In this document: positions 8,054-15,127 of the stretch, piece after piece | Layout: each line of letters begins with the position of its first letter | Numbering within the stretch: position 1 is the first letter of the stretch | NCBI GenBank assembly: GCA_964366395.1 | Contig: CAYITW010000004.1 | Location: 1-23,778, forward strand | From: an uncultured Candidatus Saccharibacteria bacterium | Lineage (GTDB): Bacteria > Patescibacteriota > Minisyncoccia > Phycocordibacterales > DATDWN01 | Direction: 5' to 3' | Length of the DNA: 23,778 nucleotides | The notes under the pieces: generated by a model | Databases searched by the model: none | What the model was told of the DNA's origin: nothing | The model's input: the letters and a program-made list of their open reading frames with translations, nothing else | Position numbers and translations under genes: made by a program

Positions 8054-8584
8054 TTACTGTTTGACTTCGACGATGACTTCACTTCCGTTTGTTCGAACTA
8101 TCGTAACTCCACTACCTTTTGGAATTGTAGTTCCATTGGTAGAACGTGCAAGATAGGTACGAACCTGGCCGGCAAGCATGACATCCACACTGCCAACCGA
8201 GGTATTACCGATTTCCACTGTGACAAATCCATTTTTCCCAATGGTTTGGTCAGTGCTAACGAGCGAGTTTGATTGTTGGCTGTATAGCACTCGCAGAATT
8301 GCCAACATGAAAAATCCGAGTAAAGAGCCTGCCACAAGACCGATGAGAGAGGATGCAATCCACCCATAACCGTTCCATGAAGCAATAGCCCCAGCTGCAC
8401 CAAATGCCATGATGAATGAACCAATGACCTTGAGCGAAAAAATGCTCACTGTCGGTTCACCATGAGTGACATCGTGGTCATGATCGTGGTCAAAGTGTGC
8501 ATCATGATCGTGGTCGTGACCAAAAAGGGCACCACCAACAAGCACGACGAAACCTAGAAACACAAGCGCTAGAAAGATAAGCAT
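8054..8584 (-). CDS. NfeD-like membrane protein (short NfeD/YuaF type: TM helices plus C-terminal OB-fold beta domain) carrying an (HD)n His-Asp repeat loop
   Basis: ORF track; ATG at 8582-8584 with AAGGAGA upstream. Three hydrophobic segments, then a C-terminal GFVTVEIGNTSVGSVDVMLAGQVRTYLARS...VIVEV beta-rich domain typical of NfeD. HDHDHDAHFDHDHDHD lies between TM1 and TM2. Positioned immediately upstream of the flotillin gene, as in yuaF-floT. Confidence 0.75.
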   Translation of the reverse strand: MLIFLALVFLGFVVLVGGALFGHDHDHDAHFDHDHDHDVTHGEPTVSIFSLKVIGSFIMAFGAAGAIASWNGYGWIASSLIGLVAGSLLGFFMLAILRVLYSQQSNSLVSTDQTIGKNGFVTVEIGNTSVGSVDVMLAGQVRTYLARSTNGTTIPKGSGVTIVRTNGSEVIVEVKQ

Positions 8585-8705
8585 CGACTTTCGTCTCCTT
8601 TTCCTTTTGTCTACGAGATTGTTATCGAAACTGCTATTAAGCTTGTCGATTTGTTCTTTGTATTAACTCCAATATTACATTTACAAAGAACTAAAACTGT
8701 CGCCA

Positions 8706-8734
8706 ACATTAAACTAAATATTTACTTTTGTCAA
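8706..8734 (-). promoter_or_regulatory. sigma70-like promoter of the NfeD-flotillin-CA-like operon (minus strand TTGACA-17 nt-TAATGT)
   Basis: Plus-strand tgtcaa at 8729-8734 and acatta at 8706-8711 with a 17-nt spacer. About 120 nt upstream of the NfeD ATG in an AT-rich intergenic region. Confidence 0.45.
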
Positions 8735-8865
8735 GGCTTTATTAGTGCCTAAAATAGTGTTGTTATAAGCCATAGTTTTGGGTTTAAAAATTAAACTAAA
8801 TTAATCAATTTTTATATAAAAAAGAAAACTCGCAACCACTTTGGTTACAAGTTTTTGAGAACAAA

Positions 8866-9081
8866 CTACCCTGGTTCTGCAAACGGGATGAAATTCTCCG
8901 CTCGAGTTCGCAACGGTCGTCCAGAGAAACGCCTCTGAATACGTCTGCCTCCCTTAGTTGGTTCGCATTCGTTGCCTTCGCGGTTTTTGTGAAGCTTGAG
9001 TAAACCCTTGGCGTCTACCTCAACCGCTAGCACACAGGTTGGACACAAACCGACAAGAATGGATTCATCAGATTTTCTCAT
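8866..9081 (-). CDS. hypothetical small Cys-containing basic protein (71 aa)
   Basis: ORF track. GAGAGGTG ribosome-binding site 5-6 nt before the ATG. GC content is like the surrounding island. CPTC...C with an Arg-rich C-terminal half. No family recognised. Confidence 0.35.
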   Translation of the reverse strand: MRKSDESILVGLCPTCVLAVEVDAKGLLKLHKNREGNECEPTKGGRRIQRRFSGRPLRTRAENFIPFAEPG

Positions 9082-9136
9082 TTCACACCTCTCTGTTTAG
9101 ATATTATGTAAATAATCTTTTTAAGTCAATCTGGTT

Positions 9137-9174
9137 TTATAAAAAAGAGGACGGCACAAATGTGCACCGCCCTC
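9137..9174 (-). terminator. rho-independent terminator after the LysM-protein gene (minus strand GAGGGCGGTGCAC-a-TTTGTGCCGTCCTC + TTTTTTAT)
   Basis: Imperfect GC-rich hairpin followed by a T-tract on the minus strand, 20 nt after the 9196 stop. Confidence 0.5.
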
Positions 9175-9195
9175 GCCAATTTTTACTTTCTGCCC

Positions 9196-10572
9196 TTACT
9201 TCTTCTTACCGAACATAGTCCGAAGGTCAAGTTTGACCGTTGGACCACATGAGGTTGGACTGGATTTTGAATTGTGTTCGTTTACGCATTCATAACCCAA
9301 CTTAAGGTTGAGAACTCCGCTCTGCCAAGGGTAAGCAAAGCTTAATCCTGTTCCAAATGTGTTGCGGTTATTCCAAGGGTAACCCTTGGAATCTGCGCTC
9401 GTCACGATCCATCCAGTTGGACTGACAAGAACTTTCCTGATTTGCATCATGGTAAGTCCTTGTTCCAAATGAATGGCGCCAATGAGATTCCCTCGTTCGT
9501 AGGGTGAAATGTATCCAGCATTCCACTCCACAAAACCAGGGGCTGTGAAGGTCCCGCTTTCAGACGAAGGGGTTTTCTGTTGCCAGAAAAACTGTCCAGT
9601 ACTGAAAGCCACTACGCCGAGTTTACTTTTCCCGAAACCCTTACTCCCCAAGCCTTCACGACGGCTCTCGAGAGCAACTGCTCCAGCGAACTCTATTTCG
9701 CCATGGGTGAAGGATTTGACGAATTTCAAACCCGTCTCAATTTCCACCCTATTATTCTGTGGTCGCCCTTTAGCGTCCTGCATGGCATTTAATGCCGTGT
9801 AATACAGAACCTCTCCCCCTCTAAATCGAGAGGCGACAATCCCTGCATCAACGTGAAAGGTGTCGATTTTGTTTCCATTGTCTTTTGGAGTGATGTCGTA
9901 AAAATTCCAAAAGTTTCCACGAGTTTGGAATTTCCGCTCTTCACTTGTGGTCAATGGCAGATTCTGTGGTACTACTGCAGGCAGAGGCTTAGACTCTTCC
10001 ACAAATCGTGGCGTTGGTGTGGACACTGGTGCTTCCTGCACAACAGACGTTTCAGCCGTCTTCGGGCGAAATGTCACAGTTCCTCCTAACCTTGCTGGAG
10101 GAGTAGCATGCACAATTAGAACTTCTGGTTCTTCTTGTGTCAGCATCTTCTCCGTCGAAGGAATCTTTTTGGTTGCAGTTTTCTTTCCTGTTCGTGCAAC
10201 TTTTGATTCCTTCACTAAAACAGTGGACAGATTGCAAAGAGTCATCGGAATCCGCAGTACCTGACCCACGTGAATCACGTACGGAGACTTGATGTCGTTG
10301 ACTTCAGCAATCAACTGGTAGAGGTAACCTCTGCCACCATATTCGTGCTCGGCAATTCTCCAAAGAGAGTTACCGCGAATTACGACGTAGGTCCTGTCAA
10401 TGCAGGCAGGTACCTCAATAACTTTGGATGTGGGTCCAACAACCGGTGTTGGCACAGCTACCACTTGACTCGGAACTGGGATGGGTTTTCCAGACGGCAA
10501 CCAATAGTGACCGATAGCTACACCCACCACAATACCAACAAGAAGCGTGACTAGGTTAAACAACTTCAGCAT
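9196..10572 (-). CDS. LysM domain protein with N-terminal signal-anchor, Pro/Thr-rich linker and a ~250-aa beta-rich (possibly barrel-like) C-terminal domain
   Basis: ORF track. AAAGGGGAG ribosome-binding site. LysM signature YVVIRGNSLWRIAEHEYGG...YQLIAEVNDIKSPYVIHVGQVLRIP. The C-terminal domain shows alternating hydrophobic beta-strand patterning and is not assigned to a family. Confidence 0.8.
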   Translation of the reverse strand: MLKLFNLVTLLVGIVVGVAIGHYWLPSGKPIPVPSQVVAVPTPVVGPTSKVIEVPACIDRTYVVIRGNSLWRIAEHEYGGRGYLYQLIAEVNDIKSPYVIHVGQVLRIPMTLCNLSTVLVKESKVARTGKKTATKKIPSTEKMLTQEEPEVLIVHATPPARLGGTVTFRPKTAETSVVQEAPVSTPTPRFVEESKPLPAVVPQNLPLTTSEERKFQTRGNFWNFYDITPKDNGNKIDTFHVDAGIVASRFRGGEVLYYTALNAMQDAKGRPQNNRVEIETGLKFVKSFTHGEIEFAGAVALESRREGLGSKGFGKSKLGVVAFSTGQFFWQQKTPSSESGTFTAPGFVEWNAGYISPYERGNLIGAIHLEQGLTMMQIRKVLVSPTGWIVTSADSKGYPWNNRNTFGTGLSFAYPWQSGVLNLKLGYECVNEHNSKSSPTSCGPTVKLDLRTMFGKKK

Positions 10573-10634
10573 CTTACTCCCCTTTCAAATAGTGTTTCGT
10601 ACTTAGCCCTTTTCAAATTACTGGCTTTCAAATC

Positions 10635-10661
10635 TATACAACAAAGAACTTCTTCGTTGTA
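10635..10661. promoter_or_regulatory. near-perfect 13-bp-arm palindrome ATACAACAAAGAA-c-TTCTTCGTTGTAT in the LysM-gene upstream region (candidate operator)
   Basis: Read directly from the sequence: 12 of 13 arm positions are complementary. Located 60-90 nt upstream of the 10572 start. Confidence 0.3.
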
Positions 10662-10709
10662 TGCCGAAAGACATCTGTCAGTATTACTACCATAAAATTT
10701 ATATTTTGT

Positions 10710-11288
10710 CTAGTATGCCTTCTTCCCATATTCTATAAATTTTTGCACCCACTTAGCACGATTTTCGGGAGATATTTTTTTCATGGGTCCGCATTTCTTC
10801 ATTTTTGTGTGAAAACCCGCAAACCAAAGAATTCCGTCTTGTATCTCATTTGTATTATCCCCAAAAAGAAACCGAGCGAGGAGTGGTGGAGAATCAGAAG
10901 TAACAAACACCCGAGCTGTTCTACCTTTCAAAAGTCTTTGCCAACCAATACCACTTGGGAGAAATTTATACGCAAATCCAGGAAGCCACGCTCTATCAAA
11001 AAGTCCTTTAAGAAGCGCGGGCATAGTTGACCACCAGGATGGGTAAATAATTACAAAATGATCACACCATCTTACATCTTGCTGAAACTGCTTTAAATCT
11101 GGTTCAAGTTCCTGAATAACTTTGTACCCATGATGTAGAATCGGGTCAAATTTCATATTACCAAGATTGACAATTTTTACTTCGTTGCCCTTTGACCTAG
11201 CCCCTTCTACATACGCGTTACCAAAATCTCGGCACATACTTTCTGTATCCGGATGCCCAACTAAAACAAGAATTTTTCGATATTTCAT
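10710..11288 (-). CDS. flavodoxin-like fold NAD(P)H dehydrogenase (quinone)/FMN-dependent reductase (Flavodoxin_2 family)
   Basis: ORF track (listed to 11312 with a GTG start). The likely start is the ATG at 11286-11288, giving MKYRKILVLVGHPDTESMCRDF..., the typical N-terminus of this family. Also WLPGFAYKF ... FVTSDSP. Confidence 0.8.
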   Translation of the reverse strand: MKYRKILVLVGHPDTESMCRDFGNAYVEGARSKGNEVKIVNLGNMKFDPILHHGYKVIQELEPDLKQFQQDVRWCDHFVIIYPSWWSTMPALLKGLFDRAWLPGFAYKFLPSGIGWQRLLKGRTARVFVTSDSPPLLARFLFGDNTNEIQDGILWFAGFHTKMKKCGPMKKISPENRAKWVQKFIEYGKKAY

Positions 11289-11377
11289 CTTAAATAATTC
11301 TATCATTTCCACTTAGTGTAGTCTATGTGGAAAGAAAATATAAAAAGCAAAAAAATGTGATACAGTTAAAAGAAACA

Positions 11378-12229
11378 ATGAACTTCTATTCTTCGAAGAA
11401 AAAACAAGTTAAACAAAAAAGAAAGTACTCTGGTATGGGTTGGCGGGTTATTGTTGCTCTATTTCTCGTCTCTTTCGGAAGTTTTTTAGGAATGATTTAT
11501 TACTACGACTTTGATTTAAAACTTCTGGCGACTCTAGAATTTTATGAAAATCTTGCCAATCCATCAATCCGTATAGTAAAAATCCAAGAAGGCTTACGGA
11601 AGGAGGAAATTGCTGATATTGTCGCAAAAAAACTCAACTGGAGTGAAAAAATAAAGGAAGAATTCATAAATGTGCATCTAGCACTAAATAGTAACAATTT
11701 GGAGGGAAAATACTTTCCGAAGACATATATGATTCCAAAAGATGAAGACCCGATTGGAGTTACAGCAGCTATGCTGAGAGAATTTTCAAAAGAAACGGCC
11801 GCGGTGAAAAAACCCAAATCAGCTCAAGTGATAAGCCAAGACACCGCACTTAAAATTGCCTCGATTATTCAAAGAGAGGCTGGTGGCAAAAGTGATATGA
11901 AGTTAATTTCTGGAATAATCTGGAACCGTCTTTTTAATGGAATGAAACTTCAAATAGACGCGACACTTCAATACGCAAAGGGCTCGGAAGAAGATGGTTG
12001 GTGGCAAAAGGTTGTGCCTAATGATAAAAATATTGACTCTTTTTATAATACATATTTATACACTGGTCTTCCCCCATCACCCATAGCTAATCCTGGAATT
12101 GCCGCAATCGATGCTGCCTACAATCCTCAAAAAACAAGTTGTATATTTTATCTTCACGACAAAAAAGGGAAAATTCACTGCACTAAAACTTATGAGGAGC
12201 ATAAAAGGAATATAGAGAGGTACTACTGA
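11378..12229 (+). CDS. mltG: endolytic murein transglycosylase MltG (YceG family)
   Basis: ORF track (listed from the GTG at 11327). The first ATG is at 11378. N-terminal TM segment, conserved ASIIQREAG, LQIDATLQYA and YNTYLYTGLPPSPIANPG motifs characteristic of YceG/MltG. Confidence 0.85.
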   Translation: MNFYSSKKKQVKQKRKYSGMGWRVIVALFLVSFGSFLGMIYYYDFDLKLLATLEFYENLANPSIRIVKIQEGLRKEEIADIVAKKLNWSEKIKEEFINVHLALNSNNLEGKYFPKTYMIPKDEDPIGVTAAMLREFSKETAAVKKPKSAQVISQDTALKIASIIQREAGGKSDMKLISGIIWNRLFNGMKLQIDATLQYAKGSEEDGWWQKVVPNDKNIDSFYNTYLYTGLPPSPIANPGIAAIDAAYNPQKTSCIFYLHDKKGKIHCTKTYEEHKRNIERYY

Positions 12230-12408
12230 TAAACTTCTTACTCGACACATATTTTAAAAAGCAATCTATCTAGCTCTTCTGAGCTAGCGAACTTCTCGTC
12301 GTTCAAGAAAATAATTGTCGGAATACCTCCCTTATTTTCTAAACTCCTGCGAAAGGCTTTTCTCAATATGTGATCTCGACGAAGTTTATAAGAAGATGGG
12401 ATGGAAAC

Positions 12409-12440
12409 AAAAAACCGGGCGCGCAAGGCGACCGGTTTTG
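12409..12440. terminator. bidirectional rho-independent terminator (AAAAAA-CCGGGCGC-gcaag-GCGACCGG-TTTT)
   Basis: GC-rich 8-position stem (7 pairs plus one mismatch), with an A-tract on the 5' side and a T-tract on the 3' side. Ends the mltG transcript on the plus strand and the 12631-12446 unit on the minus strand. Confidence 0.6.
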
Positions 12441-12445
12441 AGACA

Positions 12446-12631
12446 CTACAGGCCAGAGATTGTTGGGACAATCACGCCTGCAGTCATAGAATCCTTGCTC
12501 AAAGCAAGAACATTCTGAATCGTCTCAAAGAACACGAGGAGGGTGCTCTCGAGACCCGAAAAAATTTTCGGGGTAAGGAACTTAAGCACGACAATCGCCA
12601 GTCCAAGCCCCAAAACGCTAAGTATTTTCAT
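12446..12631 (-). CDS. hypothetical small hydrophobic-N-terminus protein (61 aa); coding status doubtful (no SD)
   Basis: ORF track. MKILSVLGLGLAIVVLKF is signal/TM-like. A terminator follows immediately after the stop. However, there is no purine-rich ribosome-binding site, unlike neighbouring genes. Confidence 0.25.
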   Translation of the reverse strand: MKILSVLGLGLAIVVLKFLTPKIFSGLESTLLVFFETIQNVLALSKDSMTAGVIVPTISGL

Positions 12632-12639
12632 ATACTTGT

Positions 12640-12880
12640 ATTTTTAAGGGTGGGCCTATGCTGTCCGACTGAACAGCATTTCGACTAATTGTCGGCGCCC
12701 CCCTCTTCCATGACAATCAGGCAGGAAGCCTGCCTGCGTAGGCAGGGAAGAAAAGAGGTTCCGATATATTTCAATGATCACTTACAATAAAATTGTAACA
12801 TGGAAAAATAGCATCTGCCATTGACAAAATTTGCTATGCAATATGTAGTATTTGAGGAAGAAACACCATCTTCCACCAAC
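12640..12880. other. GC-rich structured intergenic element (candidate cis-regulatory RNA/ncRNA): several stable hairpins and a triplicated GGCAGG/CCTGCC motif allowing mutually exclusive pairings
   Basis: Read directly. ATGCTGT/ACAGCAT hairpin (12658-12679). CGAC/GTCG hairpin (12682-12694). CAGGCAGG-aag-CCTGCCTG (12718-12736) followed by a third AGGCAGG copy (12740-12746). A CCTCTTCC segment (12702-12709) is complementary to GGAAG..AGAGG (12746-12758). The whole element is bracketed by terminators at 12409-12440 and 12880-12910. No match to tmRNA, RNase P or SRP consensus that I could recognise. Confidence 0.25.
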
Positions 12881-12910
12881 AAAAAAGGTGTCTCGCGACA
12901 CCTTTTTTTA
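12880..12910. terminator. bidirectional rho-independent terminator (AAAAAA-GGTGTC-tcgc-GACACC-TTTTTTT) after the SurA-like gene
   Basis: Perfect 6-bp stem with 4-nt loop and flanking A- and T-tracts. Located 4 nt past the 12914 stop. Confidence 0.65.
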
Positions 12911-12913
12911 TTT

Positions 12914-13591
12914 CTATAGATTTGTTTCAACCTCCGCCGCTGCCCTTAAGGACGCGATGAAAGTATTTACCAGTAATTGCTGTTTACTACCTATAATCTG
13001 TTGTTTGATTTGCTCAACAATATCTTTATATGCTGGTGCTCCTGTCTGACCCTTTACATTAGTATCGTAGAATTGCTGTGCTTCCGCATCTGTCGCTGTA
13101 GCTGAAGCTATATCAATATTTCTTAAAAGATAAGCCTGAATTGAAAGTTGTTTTGATATGTTTGCTCTGAACTGTTCCTCAGTAAGATTTGCTGCTGTTA
13201 GCTGTTCTTTCAATTTATCTGCCCCACCTGCTTGCGCAACAAGAATCTGAAACTGCTTTTCAACTTCTTCTGCTGAAATCGTGATACCGGCTTTAGCTAC
13301 TCCCTGGAGAACCAACTCATTATTTATAAGGTCCTCCATAACTTGAGTTCTAATTTTTGCCAACGAATCAGCACTCTCTGTATCAACTCCTTGGGTCTTA
13401 AGAGATAATATGGCTGAAGCTAGCTGGGCATCAAAAACACTTTTTGTTATTGTTTCTCCATTCACTTTTGCAACACCTTCAACAGCTACAGGTGAATTGG
13501 TTTTATTATATCCAAAATAAGCCAGAGCGGTGACTGCACCAGCAACTAACACTAACACTGCAACAGAAACTAATTTTTCTTTGTTAATCAT
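12914..13591 (-). CDS. SurA N-terminal-domain chaperone-like protein (PpiD/SurA/PrsA family chaperone module without PPIase domain), signal-anchored
   Basis: ORF track. N-terminal hydrophobic anchor LVSVAVLVLVAGAVTALAYF. Helical chaperone-domain pattern VFDAQLASAILSLKTQG...VMEDLINNELVLQ...EEQFRANISKQLSIQAYL. Confidence 0.65.
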   Translation of the reverse strand: MINKEKLVSVAVLVLVAGAVTALAYFGYNKTNSPVAVEGVAKVNGETITKSVFDAQLASAILSLKTQGVDTESADSLAKIRTQVMEDLINNELVLQGVAKAGITISAEEVEKQFQILVAQAGGADKLKEQLTAANLTEEQFRANISKQLSIQAYLLRNIDIASATATDAEAQQFYDTNVKGQTGAPAYKDIVEQIKQQIIGSKQQLLVNTFIASLRAAAEVETNL

Positions 13592-13666
13592 ATAAGTCTT
13601 TGTATGTTAATAATATATAATCTGGTATGCCCGCTATTCTAGCATGAGTATCAAAAAAATACCATA

Positions 13667-13710
13667 ATAAAAAAAAGGGCTGTGTATACCACTCCCGGTA
13701 CACACAGTCC
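13667..13710 (-). terminator. strong rho-independent terminator (minus strand GGACTGTGTA-ccgggagtggta-TACACAGCC + CTTTTTTTTATTAT)
   Basis: About 9-10 bp stem with one bulge, followed immediately by a T-tract of at least 8 on the minus strand. Located 12 nt after the 13722 stop. Confidence 0.7.
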
Positions 13711-13721
13711 TTGAACTCTTT

Positions 13722-14000
13722 TTAGGATCCTTGGTTGGGATCCATGTCCTCGAAGATGCACTCGTCACCATCACAGTACGGAATATTGTGACAGGCTGAA
13801 TTGATTCCACGAGGGCAGCGATCGACGTTGCTCACCGTGTTCAAATCAACACCACTGACCATATTGACCGGTATGAACCTCCCTCCACGAGAACCTGCCC
13901 TTGCTCGGATCAGCGGAGATTGTAGCTCTGCGAACATTGCTTCAACTTCCATCTGACGTGAATCCTGCTTCTCTTCTCGACGTCTCGACGCACCTGGCAT
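13722..14000 (-). CDS. GC-rich small Cys-rich protein (92 aa): Arg/Glu-rich N-terminus, C-terminal CPRGINSACHNIPYCDGDEC cluster (putative metal-binding)
   Basis: ORF track. Excellent SD AACGGAGGT 7 nt before the ATG at 14000. GC content is markedly higher than flanking genes. Last gene before the terminator. Confidence 0.5.
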   Translation of the reverse strand: MPGASRRREEKQDSRQMEVEAMFAELQSPLIRARAGSRGGRFIPVNMVSGVDLNTVSNVDRCPRGINSACHNIPYCDGDECIFEDMDPNQGS

Positions 14001-14088
14001 ACTCGACCTCCGTTACTAATGGTAGACCTCTTATTTGGAAATGTAAAGCCACAAACTTATCCACTGTTTTAGTTGTCCACTAAACACC

Positions 14089-14979
14089 TTAAAACCCTGA
14101 CTTATCAAGAACGTATACAATTGGTTCTAACCCAACTCGAACTATTGCCTTGAGTAAATTATTATCACGAATAACATTTGCAACTGGTGGACTAACTTTA
14201 TAATAAAATTCAACAAAATCCTGTCCGGTCGAAGATTCCAGTAAAACATTGTCTCTGAAGTTGCGTAGGGTGGTGACTTCTGATTCCATTTCTGTTCCAT
14301 ACGTGGCTGTCGCGATAAAACATCCGCTTGTCGATGAAACTTGCGCTTGGCAAGAAAGAGAAATGGAGTTTACGCCTGACTGTAAAACTACATCGCCAGT
14401 TTTTTTCCCTTCGCTCGTGTATAAAATATAAACTGGATTTGTGGTCGTGGAAAAACCATCACTACCTGACCATGTATAAGTAAAGGGCGCTTGGGCTTCA
14501 GGACCTGATCCATAAGAGTTCCAAAAAATACTTAGACCAGATGAAGATGGTTCGCAACTGCCACCGATTCGGCTACCACTTGTTGTTGACGAGACTGCTG
14601 TAGGAATATTTACACTACAATCAAATGTGAAAGACTGATTGCTTGAGGTTATAGTGACAGTTCCTGTTTTCAATCCAGGTGTGGTATATCTTTTTCTTAT
14701 TAAACTTGTTGAGCCTGTTAAGTTGTCGGTTCCGCTCCAGATATATTTTGTATCACTGGACGGTGCGTTGAAAAAAGATGCATTCCAAGCGACTTCATAT
14801 TCACTTATATTGGGTACAGCTATGGCGACAACTGAGCAAGACCCTTTGGGTGAGAGTTGGTTAGGAGTTGTAGTTGCACTTTGTGCAGAAGTTTTATTGA
14901 TTATCACCAACGAGAAAATGCAACCAAAAAGTAAAATGCTGAATGCTTTAAAATACTGATTTTTTAATATGACTTGCAT
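14089..14979 (-). CDS. secreted Ser/Thr-rich protein with two internal beta-sandwich-like repeats and a conserved C-terminal CFIATATYG...LRNFRD...FVEFYYKVSPPVA domain
   Basis: ORF track. N-terminal signal peptide FSILLFGCIFSLVIINKTSAQS. Duplicated module (C...W...Y(I/T)WSG(T/S)D...KTG.V). The C-terminal motif recurs at the ends of large extracellular proteins. Family name not recalled. Confidence 0.7.
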   Translation of the reverse strand: MQVILKNQYFKAFSILLFGCIFSLVIINKTSAQSATTTPNQLSPKGSCSVVAIAVPNISEYEVAWNASFFNAPSSDTKYIWSGTDNLTGSTSLIRKRYTTPGLKTGTVTITSSNQSFTFDCSVNIPTAVSSTTSGSRIGGSCEPSSSGLSIFWNSYGSGPEAQAPFTYTWSGSDGFSTTTNPVYILYTSEGKKTGDVVLQSGVNSISLSCQAQVSSTSGCFIATATYGTEMESEVTTLRNFRDNVLLESSTGQDFVEFYYKVSPPVANVIRDNNLLKAIVRVGLEPIVYVLDKSGF

Positions 14980-15127
14980 GTATTTTTTAGTGATTTAACT
15001 ATACTCATATTATGAGCCGTAATAAGGCAGATATTCTTACAAAATACAGAACTCTTGACTATAATTAGCCAATAGCCTTGTGTTTAATTTATCTATATTA
15101 CTTTCACTTTAAAAAGTGTACAACTCC

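Noticed and set aside
12401-12688. ORF 12401-12688 (+), 95 aa
   Set aside because: It spans a bidirectional terminator and the structured GC-rich element. It has no RBS. The translation is low-complexity, basic and off-frame-like.
12407-12900. Possible tmRNA, RNase P RNA or SRP RNA in the terminator-bracketed region
   Set aside because: I checked by eye for tmRNA 5' GGGG...UUCGAC and 3' T-arm/CCACCA context, the RNase P P4 (AGGAAAGUCCGGGC) and SRP domain IV (GGUCC-GGAA-GGAAGCAGC). None is present, so it is kept only as an unclassified structured element.
12852-13049. ORF 12852-13049 (+), 65 aa
   Set aside because: It runs through a rho-independent terminator (12880-12910) and is antisense to the SurA-like gene. 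It is an artefact.
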